Positions 12,652 through 25,817 of a stretch of 57,535 nt of DNA are shown piece after piece. The notes beneath the pieces were generated by a model, which was given only the letters and a program-made list of their open reading frames with translations, did not search any database and was not told the DNA's origin. The stretch comes from Chiloscyllium plagiosum (Eukaryota): the NCBI RefSeq assembly GCF_004010195.1, contig NC_057746.1:676138-733672 (forward strand), written 5' to 3'. The first letter of the stretch is position 1, and each line of letters starts with the position of its first letter. The translations under genes and the position numbers were made by a program.

Positions 12652-13955
12652 CGATCGGTTGAGGAGGAACCATATTGGCTAGTTCAGGCACCAAACCGTT
12701 TGTGTTATTTATGCATTTAATTTGAAGCTTATCTTTTTAATTGAGAAAATATTTAAATTGAGAAAGTTAGCTCGGAGGGAATTTCAGTCCACCATTTTCA
12801 AACACATCTAGCTATAACATCTGAAAGGATTTAAATGACTGTCAATAATAGAATATGGAATGAATAATAGTTTTTAGTAATCATTTTCTCACCAGTTTAT
12901 TATTCTGTTTCCATAGTGTGCATCAAGACACATCAAGAAGATGCTTCCTAAGCACTAATGAACGATAACAGTAATCTAAAATAGGAACTTTTTTCAAATC
13001 TGTTCAGAAGATGAAGGAAGACTCACTATCCATGTGCATGCTGTGAGAGCTCAAAAGTAATCTATTTCCTTCCCACAGTGGTGCCACTATCTAACATGAG
13101 CTCCGATCCAACTGTAATTTTCAAACGTGGTAACCTTGCACATTTGAATACTGACTGAGGGCATCTTGTCCTGCTATCTTCAGCAAAGCTGTTGCTTTTG
13201 ATTACTTTTGGAAGTTAAAAAGTCTGTGAAATGGGAAAAGGGAAGATAATGGTATCTGGCTGTAGGTAGTCAGTAACAGAGGAGGAGGCTATGGAATTGC
13301 CTGCTCTAGAACAGAGCTGTACTGAATAGATTCAAATTTTACCGTCATGTAACAAACCTTGTGGAACTCAATAACGTATAAAATTTCCAGTGGACAACTA
13401 TAGAACTTGATTTTAAAAAGAGTCTAAGTTTAAAATTTTACATAGCAAACTAAATGTGAACAACTAGTTAATAAGCAACTAGTACTCAAACTGCAAAAAC
13501 ATCTCCTTTGTATTTTTTTATTAACATGACTGAGAACTGTAATGTTGCACTGTACTCTCCATTGAATTACAGTCTTTATAGAAAACAGTCTACAGTTTTT
13601 CCTAACTTCCAATAAGCAAATACTTCTCTGTTTTACAAATTTCTAACTTCAAGTGACCATCAAGTGGTGTTTGCTACATCAGGCCAATTTCCTCAATGAA
13701 AGATAGTCTTCTCTTTCAGATAGTGCAGGTGGCAGGAATTCCCAACTTTTCTGTGCTGACAGCACTAGCTAGAGTCCTTTCATTCTTACTCTTCTCTGGC
13801 CAAGAGTTGGCGATAATGTCTACCCACCATTAGCACAATTTCCTGTTGCATGAACAGTTATACCTTCTCCCAAGAAGTCAAATTGACCACCTTTACACCC
13901 CACCCCCCCAACTATTCACACAGTCATTAAACTACCCAAGGTTGTTGTCAGGCAG

Positions 13956-14266
13956 ATTAGACTACCTACAGTGTGGTAACAGGCCCTTCAGCTCAACAAG
14001 TCCAGACCAACCCTCTGAAGAGGAGCCCACCCCACCTATATTTCCCTCTGACTAATCCACCTAACACTATGGGTAATTTAGCATGGCCAATTCACCTAAC
14101 CTGCACATCATTGGACTATGGGAGGAAACCGGAGCACCCGGAGGAAACCCACGCAGACACTGGGAGAACGTGCAAACTCCACACAGTCAGTTGCCTGAGG
14201 CGGGAATTGAACCTGGATCCCTGGCGCTGTGAGGCAGCAGTGCTAACCACTGAGTCACCGTGCTGC
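13956..14266 (-). mobile_element. HE1-type V-SINE
   Basis: V-domain and tRNA head on the minus strand. Confidence 0.85.
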
Positions 14267-14294
14267 CTGTTGACTCCTTTTATTCAGTTGAAGC

Positions 14295-14875
14295 AAATTA
14301 CTGCAGATGCTGGGATCTGAACTGAAAACAAAATTGCTAGAAATCACAGTGGGTCAGGCAGATCCATGCAGAGAGAGCAAACCAATGCTTTTGAGTCTAG
14401 ATGAGTCTTCTTCCGAGCTGACGTGAAATGTGGAGGGGGCAGCATTAATGCAATGGTGGTAGGGCTGGAGTGCTCAGAGTGAAAGGATGTTGATAGTGCA
14501 GATTAAGTGATTGGAATGGGAGAGTGGCAGAACAATGGTGTGTCTAACAGCCAACAGTCCCACTGGGGTGAGGGGAGGGGAGAGAGGACACGGTGACAGA
14601 GAATGTAATGAGTAAAGGTAAAAGAAAGGGAAGGAATGGCAGTTGGTTCACAATGTGAAGGGGTTGAACTCTAATCTTAAAGTCCAGAAGGCTGTGAAGT
14701 GCCTCGGCTGAAGATGAGATGTTGTTCCTCCAGTTTGTGCTGTGATTTGCTGGAACATTGCGGCATGCCAAGGACAGACAGGAGGGCATGTGAGCAGGAC
14801 GCTGTGTTAGGATGACCAGCTGTGGGAAGGTCAGGGTGATTCTTGCACACAGACTTGGGGCGTTCTGCAAAGCTT
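14295..14875 (-). mobile_element. Older Penelope-like fragment (GIY-YIG C-terminus plus terminal repeat)
   Basis: Minus peptide ..AGHPNTASCSHALLSVLGM..QHKLEEQHLIF, homologous to the 20200-20400 element. Confidence 0.65.
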
Positions 14876-15269
14876 TCATTCCTCCGTTTTAGCTGGAAGA
14901 TACAGTAACAAAACAATCATAAGAGCTCACGTTCAACAAAAGCCGACTGAGGTAGCTGACCGAGTCAGGTTGGCCAATCCAGACTTCCGGGTTCCTGACC
15001 CTGGGCAGGGGATGTGGGCTCTCTGAATGCAGAAAGCAGCTTTGGTGGACAGGCGAAATAATTTTAAAGTAAATCATGATATCTTTTTACTGTCTTACAG
15101 AAGGACCAGGCTAGATTAAACAATGTTTGATGCAGATAAAAAAATGACAGGAAGGACAGAAACTGCAGTGCCTCCAGACCATCAAAGAATGGCTCTACAT
15201 CAATAGCACCTTCTGAAAATCTACTCAGAATTGTCTGAAATAAAACAAATTATCACTGCAGAGCACCTC

Positions 15270-15348
15270 TTATGCCCGAAACGTCGATTCTCCTTCTCCC
15301 TTGATGCTGCCTGACCTGCTGTGCTTTTCCAGCAACACATTTTTAAGC
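15270..15348 (+). mobile_element. Truncated Penelope terminal repeat
   Basis: TTATGCCCGAAACGTCGATTCTCC...CTTTTCCAGCAACAC. Confidence 0.7.
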
Positions 15349-15713
15349 AATGTTTCAAAAGCCATGGTAGGCTTTGAGTTTGCTTATTGCACCGGGGAAA
15401 AGGGACTTGTAAAATGGTTGGCTGTGAACATAGTTGTGCAAGCAGTGACTTTCACACACAATTGATAAAAGTTCTTGAAGCATTGGCACCTCCCTTAAGA
15501 TGAGAATCTATTCAAATCTGAGCTGAGAAAGTAGGTTCAAACATTCAATTATCTTGAAGCACCGGTCCCTCAAATCAAAGGCCAGTGAACAGCAAGAGGT
15601 AAGAGAAGAGATTCGTGGACTGTTAGACCTCCTAACACAGGTACATGAGAGCAAGCAAGTAAAAATTCTGATGTGAGCATTTTAAGTCTTAGTGTGGTTG
15701 TCGACATAAAGAC

Positions 15714-16700
15714 AGGTACATTGGAGGGGAACCATACAAGTGTGATGTCTGTGGCTGGCCCTTGGCACGGGCATTTAGCCTCGTGCAACACCTATGCATT
15801 CACATGGGTGAGAAACCATTCAAATGTGACATGTGTGACAAGTCCTTTATACAAGCATCTACCCTCCTGCCACATTGGTGGATACACATGGGCAAGAAAC
15901 CGTTCATTGTGCAAGGTTTGTGACAAAGCATTTGTGACGTCCTCGTGCCTACTGGAACACCAGTGAGCCCACACAGGTGTGAGACTTGTAACAGAACGTT
16001 CACACTTTCCTCATTACTTTTGAAACATTAGTGCACTCACTCCACTGAGAAACCATTCAAATGCCAAGTTTGTAGCAAAGCTTTTACGAAGCCATTCTGC
16101 CTCCAGGTACACAGGTGCATTCGGAAAAACGAAAAGCCCTTCTGGTGCACAGTTTGCAAAATAACTTTCTGCAACTCATCGTACCTTCGTGTTCATCAGC
16201 CCGTGCATACAGGAGAAAGACCATTCCAATGTGAATCTTGTAACAAGTGCTTCATGCAGTCAGAGTCTCCTGTAACAGCAGTGTATCCATACTCAGGAAA
16301 GACCATTCAGGTGTGAGATTTGCAACAAAGATTTCTGCATCTCCTCATATCTGCGTGGACACCAGAGGTCATATAGCTGAGAGACCATTCAGGTGTGAGA
16401 TTTGTGATAAAGATTACTGCAGCTTTGCATACCTTGTGGTACACTAGTGTATCCATACAGGTAACAAGCCATTCAGGTGAGAAGTTTGTGATAAAGCTTT
16501 CTTGAGCTCTTCATACTTCCTGAAACACCAGTGTGTCCCAATGTCCGATAAAGCATTCGAGTGTGAGTTTTGCAATAAAGGTTTCACACAATTGTATGAC
16601 CGCACCAAACACCAGTATACCCACACAGGGAACAGACAATTCCATTGCGATAGCTGCCAGAACTGCTTCACCCTCTCTCGAAATACATCAGTGCACCAGT
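15714..16700 (+). pseudogene. C2H2 zinc-finger array pseudogene (~12 fingers)
   Basis: Successive C-x2-C-x12-H-x3-H units with TGEKPF-type linkers (YKCDVC, FKCDMC, CKVC, CETC, FKCQVC, FWCTVC, FQCESC, FRCEIC x2, FR*EVC, FECEFC, FHCDSC); at least 5 stops and several frameshifts; possible acceptor TCTTACAG at 15093-15100. Confidence 0.9.
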
Positions 16701-17357
16701 TTGGGATAAAAACTGTTCCACTGCCAAGTTCCTTCTGTTACAAAACACTGTGCAGCAAAACAGGGTGAAGCAGTGAAAAGCATTGTTTTACATTCTATAC
16801 AGGCAGATCATACTATATGAAGTGCATCATAGGACAGTGCACAGAATGCAATGTTACAAGTTGCAAAGCTGTAGACAGAAATCAACGTTAAAATTTGAGA
16901 GGTCCGTGCAAAGATCTGAAAGCAACTTTAAAGAATTGTCTGAGTTTCTTATCCATACACCTCACCCTCACCCACAGCCACTCCCACCAGACTGTGAGAA
17001 GAGCAGAATTTCCAGGTACAGATGTCATCACTCAAATTTCAGGAACATGCAGCATCTCTTCCCACTGTCTATCCACAAGAAACTGTGAGGTGCACCATTT
17101 TCAGGGTAGCCGTTTACCAATGTGACTCATCCAACCACAAAGGCAAAACTCCAAACGGTCGTGTCTGTCCAGTGAAAAGTTGTCATGGTACTTTTCCCAG
17201 CATTATTCCAGAACAAATAAATCTGTTGCAATGTGTCTCTTTTGCAAGAACATGTCACGTCGGTTTTCTGGATGCTTGCTTGAGATGTAGTTCTTACATC
17301 TCAATAATTTCCAGTTGTGTAAATACTAAACAAGTGGAACCTTTGCTGTGATCTCAC

Positions 17358-17694
17358 TAAAATCATGAGGGGCATGGATAGGGTAAGTAGACAAGGTCTT
17401 TTCCCTGGGGTGGGGGAGTCCAGAACTAGAGGGCATAGGTTTAGGGTGAATGGAGAAAGGGACCTAAAGGGCAACGTTTTCACGCAGAAGTCGGTGTATA
17501 TATGGATTGAGCTGCCAGAGGATGTGGTGGAGGCTGGTACAATTACAATATTTAAAAGGCATCTGGTTGGGTATATGAATAGGAAGGGTTTGGAGGGATA
17601 TGGGCCAAGTGCTGGCAATTGGGACTAGATTGGGTTGGGATATCTGGTCGGCATGGATGAGTTGGGTCTGTTTCTGTGCTGTACATCTCTATGA
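17358..17694 (+). mobile_element. CR1 LINE 3' end
   Basis: ORF 17365-17628 is the RT C-terminus shared with other copies. Confidence 0.85.
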
Positions 17695-19533
17695 CAGACC
17701 ATAATGTTTTTAAAGAAAATAATGTGCAAAAGAATACAAGTGTCAGGGTTTATATTTAAATGCCAAGGCAATCTTTAATATATAAGGTTAAAGAAGTGAA
17801 ACCGCTTACAATACATTTATATAGTTTGTATTCCAACAATCAGAATTAAAATGAGATAAATGTGAATTAACAAACTGTGATCAGTAACTCCACAGACTGT
17901 ACTTTAAATGGCTGACACCATCAATACAGGTCCCACAGGTGATGGTCTTATTTCTCAAAAAGCCACTAGATATTAGTGATTCTGTGGGTCTCTAATTCTC
18001 ATTAAACCCCTATCTCAACCAGGACTCCAATTCTTCGCTTTCAAAGATCCTGAAAAGCCCTCAAAAGTCTTTCTGACTTGGACTGCCTCAAGTAGTTATG
18101 ACTTTGTGGTTCAGCCACTTCTCCCATTACACAGTTCCCCAGCATTCCAGAGTCTGCTGGTAAGTGTCTAATCACCAGCACAATTTTGGCTTTTACCAAG
18201 TGCCTGCTTTCAGTGAGCTGCAGTAAAATGTATCTCAGCATAAATCTTTCTCAGTTGCACCAATGAAATACTGCTTGTGGGCTTTCTTCAGCTAACTCCC
18301 ATCGTACTGAACTACCAATGTCTCGAATGCACCTTTTAGCACTAAACACTTATCCATGGCGTGAAGTCATGATCCTTGGAGACTTCTGAGCCTTAAGTAC
18401 CTGGAATCTGTTCAAAGTAGCACTTTTATTCCCTGGAGCTGCTTATGTTTCAGATTCCACTCTGTTCCAAACTGCAACTAACCACCAACTAGATAGAAAG
18501 AATGAAAACAGAAAACCACGTTAAGATTTACCAATCTCCATGACCTAACTCAGGCGAGGTTCACTCTGATCTCCAAGCCAATCATCTCTTTTACAATTTA
18601 TTTTTTTGATTGCTTTTACAGCCTTTCAGCTCACTGAACTCCACACTTTTCAAACGGTGTAGACATTATGACCTGACTAACAGAAATTTACCTGTTGTGT
18701 TTATAGCTCTATCCTTTTTATTTTTCTATTGAACAAACTTGGAAACCTTCTGACCTGCTATTTCATTGGGTATTCTTGCAGTCACTAAAGACCAGAATTT
18801 TAATCACCTTGCCTTTACAACAATAAAGTTCTCAGAACTATGTATTATTTATAAACTATTGCCATGAGCCATATATTCCTTACAGGCAAGGTCAGTGATT
18901 GTCACCAACCTTGAATGCCCTTGAAGTGGATTGCTTGGACAAATCAGAGGACGATTAAAAGTCAACCATATTAATGTGGGTCTGAAATCGCATGTAGGCT
19001 CATCTAGTAAGCAGAACAAATCTGCTTTCTAAAATATTATTTGTGAAACCGATATCACAATCAATGTTAGTTTCATGGTCATCCAGACTAGAGTTATTAA
19101 CCAAATTTCAATTAGTCCAGCTACCAGCTACATGTCCCCAGGAAAATCACCTGAATCCCTGCGTTATGCTGCCATCTACTCTCCTTTGAGGAAGGGAGGC
19201 TGAAAAAGAATTATTAAGGAAACTCTAGACTAAAGGGAAAAAATGGCCTAAAGAGAAAAGCAAATGTGGAGAAAAATCCCACAGCGACAGAAGGTGGTGG
19301 CTCGGTAATTCCTCTGACCATTTGCTTGTCTCATCCTACCATCCTTCGCTGCGTGACAGAGTCTGTAGGGTGCCCATCTGAAGAAGAGTCAAAGTGGACT
19401 CAATGTTAACTCTGTTTCTTTATCGATAGATGGCTGAGCTTCTCCAGCCCTTGGTGTGTTTATTTCAGATTTCCAGCATCTGCAGTAGTTTGGTTTTTCT
19501 TCCCTGTCCTCTCCCCCCCCCCCCACCTCCCCT

Positions 19534-19534
<1 letters not shown>

Positions 19535-19564
<30 letters not shown>
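19535..19564. repeat. (CA)15 microsatellite
   Basis: Direct read. Confidence 0.95.
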
Positions 19565-19565
<1 letters not shown>

Positions 19566-19623
19566 GCTTCTGCTTTCAGTAACTTGCTTGGTGGGTCAGT
19601 GAAGCAGTCAAAAGGTGTTGTGC

Positions 19624-19947
19624 TGGCACGGTGACTCAGTGGTTAGCACTGCTGCCTCACAGTTCCAGGGGCCCAGGTTCAATTCCAGCCTCGGGCACCT
19701 GTCTGTGTGGAGTTTGCACATTCTCCCTGTGTCTGTGTGGGTTTCCTCTGAGTGCTCCGGTTTCCTCCCACAGTCCAAAGATATGCAGGTCAAGTGAATT
19801 GGCCATGCTTAAATTGCCCTTAGTATTCGGTGCATTAGTCAGGGGTGACTGTAGGGGAATGGTCTGGGTGGGTTGCTCTTCGGAGGGTCAGTGTGGACTT
19901 GTTGGCCGAAGGGTCTGTTTCCACACTGTAGGGAATCCAATCTAATC
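19624..19947 (+). mobile_element. HE1-type V-SINE
   Basis: Full head, V-domain and tail. Confidence 0.85.
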
Positions 19948-19949
19948 AC

Positions 19950-21080
19950 GAGTGGAGTAGGGGACGTGGGCAAGGAGGCTGAGAGATAAACAGGAGGGGG
20001 TGGGGCTTGGACGGTGATAGGTCGATGGAAGTGGTGGTAACAGTGATAGGTTGGAGCGGATGGATGGGAAGGAAGATCGACAAATAAGAACAGTTCAAGA
20101 GGGCGACGCTGAGTTGGGTTGGATCTGGGATAAAGTGAGGGCAGAGGAGATGAGGAAACTGGTGAAATCAACTTTGATGCCATGTGGTTGGAGGGTCCCA
20201 AGGCGGAAGATGAGGTGTTCTTCCTCCAGGTATTCGGTGGGCTAGAATTTGGCGATGGAGGAGGCCCAAGACCTGCATGGTCTTGGCAGAGCGGGAGGGG
20301 GCATTGAAGTAGTTGGCCACAGGGCAGTGGGGTCGTTTGGTGTGTGTGTCCTGGAGATGTTCTCTGAAACATTCCACAAGTTGGAATCCTGTCTCGCCAG
20401 TGTAGAGGAGACCACATCGAGAGAACTGGACAGAGTATATGAAGTGTTTGCGTGTGCAGGAAAATCTCTGCCAGATGTGAAAAGATCCTTTGGCACCTTG
20501 GATGGAGGTGAGGGGGGAGGTGTGGGCACAGGTTTTACACCTTGTATAGTGGCAAAGGAAAATGCTGGGAATGGGGGGGCATGGAACTAACAAGGGAGTT
20601 GCAGAGGGAATAGTCTCTGTGAAATGCTGAAAGAGCTGGGTAGGGAAATATATCTCTGGTGATGGGGTCTGACTGTCGGTGGCAGAGGATGATGCAGTGT
20701 ACCCGGATGTTGCTGGGGTGGAAGGTGAGGACCAGGGGGTTCTATCCTTGTTATGGTTTGAGGGGTGGGGTTCAAGGGTGGAGAGGCAGGAAGTGAAAGA
20801 GATGTGCTGGTGGGCATTGTTGACCACATGGGAGGGGAAATTGCAGTCCCTGAGGTTGAAGGCCATCTGAGATTTTCTTGAGTGGAATTGTTTCTCCTGG
20901 GAGCAGATGTAGTGGAGGTGGAGGAATTGGGAGTAAGGGATAGTGTTTTTACAGGAGGTGGGTGGTGGAAGGAGATGTCATCCGGGTAGTTTGGGAGTCG
21001 GTGGATTTGAAGTCTATGTCAATGTTGAATCAAACGCTGGAAATGGAGATGGAGAGATCCAGGAAGGGGAGGGAAATCGT
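19950..21080 (-). mobile_element. Penelope-like retroelement, 3' part with GIY-YIG endonuclease remnant
   Basis: Minus peptide RCKTCAH..FSCTRKHFIYSVQFSRCGLLYTGETG..L..FREHL..VANYFN..MQVLGL is the PLE GIY-YIG with upstream CxxC; frameshifted. Confidence 0.85.
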
Positions 21081-21296
21081 GTAGATAATGAGATAAGACA
21101 GTAGTACTGCTTAAGAGCAGGGCAAGAACTTTAAGAATATGTACTTGTGAGACATCACCCTTCAGCTCACTGCAAATAAAGCTTCAAAACTAATTACAAT
21201 AACCAAAAAAATGGAGGAACTGTGAGTTTCATATTCAGGTTATAGGAAATACATTGAAGAGATAGTAATGACATAGAAGTTCTGAAGCTCTTGCAA

Positions 21297-21513
21297 GGAC
21301 TGCAGATGCTGGAGATCAGAGCTTAAAAATGTGTTGCTGGAAAAGCGCAGCAGGTCAGGCAGCATCAAAGGAGCAGGAGAATCGACGTTTCGGGCATAAG
21401 CCCTTCTTCAGGAATTCTATTCCCGAAGAAGGGCTCATGCCCAAAACGTCGATTCTCCTTCTCCTTGGATGCTGCCTGACCTGCTGCGCTTTTCCAGCAA
21501 CATATTTTTAAAC
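21297..21513. mobile_element. Palindromic Penelope-derived mini-element with 16-bp TSD
   Basis: Inverted arms meeting at GGAAT-TCT-ATTCC; TCTGAAGCTCTTGCAA at 21281-21296 and 21514-21529. Confidence 0.85.
21384..21411 (-). ncRNA. Minimal hammerhead ribozyme motif, intact core
   Basis: Minus: CTGAAGA-A-GGGC-TTAT-GCCC-GAAA-CGTC. Confidence 0.6.
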
Positions 21514-23044
21514 TCTGAAGCTCTTGCAACCATAGGTTTGGGATTTATTATTCCAAAGTTTTCTTAATATACAATTTTATTACTACCCCACTCCAGTGTT
21601 TGCTTCTACACTCTACTTTGATCCCCAAGTCCACTTAATTACTCCAGCCCGTTTTCATTGTGAATAATGTGGTTTTGATGGTTACAGATTCCAGCTTTCT
21701 CATGCTATCGTGTACCTCCAGATTACACTCATTTTGCATTTTATTTGTAGCAGGATCACGTCACTAAATTTTTATGAGATATGCTTGCTGCTCTAGTACT
21801 TTGATTTGCAATGATGTGAACATCAGTGTAAGCATATCCACAGTTAATCTCCAGAATGGCCATCATCTGTATCAGTTTGGGTGTGTCATTCTTGTTTCAG
21901 TAGTTATTAAATTAATATTTACACCACATCTAAAGTCAAGCCATAGTCTGCACTGGGTGACCCAGTGGGGAATAGCCACCTATAAAAGCAGTTGCCTCAC
22001 TTTTAACACTTTTGTAAAAAAAAATAATGTATTCGTAAAGAAAATGTTATTCAAACCCGATTCAAAGAAAATAAAATATGTTTGGTAACAGTCCCAGTTT
22101 ACTTAGTTTTTTAGTCCCAATACACTTTGATATTATGGCACGGAGATGGAACGTTTTGGAACTGCTTTAATCCTGTTATACTTATCCAAGATTCAGTTGG
22201 CATTCTGGAAAACTGCACTGAGGACTTTGAAATGATTGTTACTTCAGTTTGAAAATGTAGTTTAAAATATTACTGCATGGTCAATTGCTATTGATAACCT
22301 GCTGAGTTGGTACTTTCCTACAAAGTTACATCTTGCAAAATCAATGTGACTGTCATTGTGTCGTCATTCCAGTTGTACCAATTACCCCTTCTCTCTGCTC
22401 AGGACACTTAGTGGGTTTAGTCTGTAGATGGCGTGAAACTGCGGAAAATATCTTGGCGATATTTATAGAGTCACAGGAAAGCGAATTATTATAAATGATT
22501 AACAGCCGTGACTTTATCCAGTTGCAATGATTTTTTTGGGATACCCAGTAACCGAAAGTCGGGTCTGCAAGTTGTATGGCACATAGCAAGAGGAAGTGAT
22601 TTTATTTTCAAAAATGCAGCCTGCATCAAAAACTTCTGTGCCCAGAAACCTATGACAGCAGTTTGATCCCGGCTGGTCTTCCCAACTCGGGGGATGGAGA
22701 AGAAGAAAGTCAGGGAAGGGGAGATTTCCTGCTCCTGTTTAAAACAATACAACCGGCTCCTCTATAATGCACAGCAAAGGCCAAAGAAAGAACATCTAAT
22801 TTCAGGAACTCTCAATAATTTTAGACTAGAGGTTTATTTTGCAGCACTGCAGAGTCTATGGATTATGGATAAATTACTTATGGATGATTGTACTCCTTTT
22901 TTAGTTATTTGAAAAATCATATTTTCTGTTTTTGGTTGCTCTTCAGCCCCATGCCACTGATCTTTGGGCCTCCAATGTGGGAGGGTGTGGGCGAGCAGAA
23001 GATTTCTTCATGGGTCTGCTCCTATGCCTAGGCTTGCTACAAAT

Positions 23045-23212
23045 GAGGCAAAATTGAGGATGGCAGATGCTGGAGATAAGAGTCTAGGTTAGAGTGGTGC
23101 CGGAAAAGCACAGCAGGTCAGGCAGCATCCGAGGAGCAGGAAAATCGACGTTTCGGGCAAAAGCCCTTCATCAGGAATGAAGACGGGGAGCTTCCAGGGT
23201 GGAGAGATAAAA
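23045..23212 (-). mobile_element. Penelope terminal repeat with intact hammerhead motif (23147-23174)
   Basis: Minus: ATTC-CTGATGA-A-GGGC-TTTT-GCCC-GAAA-CGTC-GAT. Confidence 0.8.
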
Positions 23213-24344
23213 CAAAATCTTGTTAAACTCTTGCTCTTGCGAAAATTTATCCGGGCAGTGGGCTGTAGAAGGCAGCATCTCTGCCAACTGTCTGCACCTC
23301 TTCCATGGTTACATTTGTGCCCAGGTGTCCTTGGAGAAGGTGTCCATCAATGGTCTTCATGCCTTTAGAGAGAGGTGGGCACTGTGTAGGTACAGTGCAT
23401 AATTTGACCCCCAACCCCATTTTGATTTAGCCTCTTCCCTCTCCCTCTCTTTTGATGGTTTGCCGTGCCCATAATGGGCTTTTCATGTAAATATTGAATT
23501 GGCTGAAGGGGTGTATTCATGGATGGTGTGTAGTAGTTTTTTTTAAAAGTCACAAAAAGAAATCACAGGGATTTCCATCGTGGGAAGGTTGCTCGGTTGT
23601 GTGTGTGATAACACTTCTGGGTCGAATTTTTTTTTAAAAGAGGCATGGAGGTTAAGGAATAAGCTTGGAATTAGGACCAGAGACCCAACAAGTATGAAAT
23701 GCCCATGCTATGCAAGAAGGTTTGTATGAAAGCACTACCAATTAAACTCGTTCTCAAGGTTTCCATCCGATCATTCAAAGTGCTGATTCTCCAATTTCTC
23801 CAAGTGCTGTATTTTAAATGCAGCTTTCTGTAACTAAGAATTGTTATCTATTTTCATTTTAGTAACATCTGTAAATATCAGTATCATTACCTCCAGCCAA
23901 AATCTAAATCATCAACATACACTGATTGGCAGAAGTTGCAAACCTGAACAATTTGGGATATCACTGCCCTTTTCCAATCACTTGCGAAAATGCAATTAGA
24001 AACTGACTCAGCGAGCTCCTCACTGTTGGGTTCATGTAAAATCAACCAGCGAATTCAGTTCAGCTTTGGACTAACACTATACATTTGCGAGATAAGAAAG
24101 TGTCTCAAACTCAATTTTGTGTAAACTTTCAGTTTTTGACTTATGTAGTTCTGGCTTTGAATAGGTTAACATTCAAGGGGTGCAGTGAAAGAGCAGCTTA
24201 ATTATGAACCGGATGAAAGTGGGTTCGCATCAATTGACTCAGCTCGTGAGTGCATATGTGAGTAGCCAACACTGCAATTTAAACAAAACTGCTGGAGGTC
24301 AGTGCATTGAGGTATTTAGTGGAGGAAGGAAACAGATATTTAAA

Positions 24345-25370
24345 TAAAAATGGAAGGAACTGTGGATGCTATGAATCAGAAACAAACAGAAATTGCTGGA
24401 AAAGCTCAGCAGGTCTGGCAACATCTATGAAGAGAAATCAGAGTTAAATTTGGGGTATGGTGACACTTCCTCAAAACTGATGGTGACCTGGGAAAATGTT
24501 TTTTTAATGCAGAAGGTAGGGTTGGGTGGGGTGGTAGGGTGGTAAGGACAAATGATAGGTCGGGATAGAGCCCAAACAGGGAGAACAATTGGACAGACAA
24601 GGGGGTAGATAGTGATCTAGCTGAGTGGGTGAACAGCTGTTAATAGGAACTATTCATGACTTGTATGTAATAGCAAACTATGTGATAACAAGGCCTGGTG
24701 TATGGAAGTGGGGGCTAGTTCATAGGAGACTTCAAGCCCAAAAGTTATTAAACTCGATTTTGAGTCCAGAGGGCTGCAGCGGATAATGAGGTTCTCTTCT
24801 TCTAGCTTACACTGAGCTTCACTGGTGCACTGCAGCAAGCCCGACACAGAGAGGTTGGCCAGGGAACAGGGTGTTGTGCTAAAGTGCAGGCAATGGAAAG
24901 CTCAGAAACAAAAAAAACAGAAGTTGCTAAAAAAAAACCTCAGCAGATGTGGCAGCATCTGTAAAGAGAAATCGAAGTTAATCTTTCGGATCTGGTGAGC
25001 TTTTTATGCAGAAGATTCGGTGGGGGAGGGGGAGAAAGTGAGGACTGCAGATTAGTCGAAAAGTGTGGTGCTGAAAACGCACAGCAAAGCAAAGCAGCAT
25101 GAAGGAGCAGGGGAGTCGACGTTTCAGGCATAAATCCTTCATCCAGGGTGGGTGGGGACGTGGCGGTGGAATGATGGGTGAGGATAGAGCCCAAACAGCG
25201 AGAAATACATTTAGACAGACAAAGGAGTGGATAACGATCTGAGTAGGAGGGTGAATAGCTGTTAATGGAGATGGTTAGTGATTAACAATGGGTTGTGTGT
25301 AACAGCACATCATGTGATAACAAGGCCTGGTCTCTAGAGTTGGGTGCTAGAATATAGGAGAGAAACTCAG
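24345..25370 (-). mobile_element. Cluster of older and nested Penelope-like fragments
   Basis: Terminal-repeat sequence (GCTGGAAAAGCTCAGCAGGTCTGGC) twice, GIY-YIG tail (EAQCKLEEENLI), younger terminal repeat at 25030-25145. Confidence 0.6.
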
Positions 25371-25817
25371 GGCCATTTTTACAGGCAGAAGGTAGGTATT
25401 CTACAAGACATAGCTTGGGGGTGACCACTTTAGAACGTTCTGCCCACAAAATTTACCCTGAGCTTCCAGTTGTATTCTGGGATCCAGTCTTTTTTTTTGT
25501 TTCTTGCAATTTGTTTAAACATAAGATTGATACAAGTGCATTTAAAAAAAAAAGAAATATTCAATATATTCAGAGTGGGCATACTTCAACAGTGAAGAGC
25601 AGAGATACAAGAAGAATTTATTTCATAATTTAAATAAATACAATTGAGATGGCAGGTTGGATGATGTGTTGCAGTGGTAGCATGAGGGAGCTGCTGGACA
25701 ACAAGGTGATCCACAGTCAACACATCCATAGCAAGTGTTTGCAGCTTTAGCTACTTTGGATCCGAGTCAAATCCACCACGGATTATCCACAGGATAAACA
25801 CTTCCCTGTCAGATGTT

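Noticed and set aside
16780-17350. Cys/His-containing ORFs after the zinc-finger array
   Set aside because: No regular C2H2 spacing; may be further decayed pseudogene tail but cannot be supported
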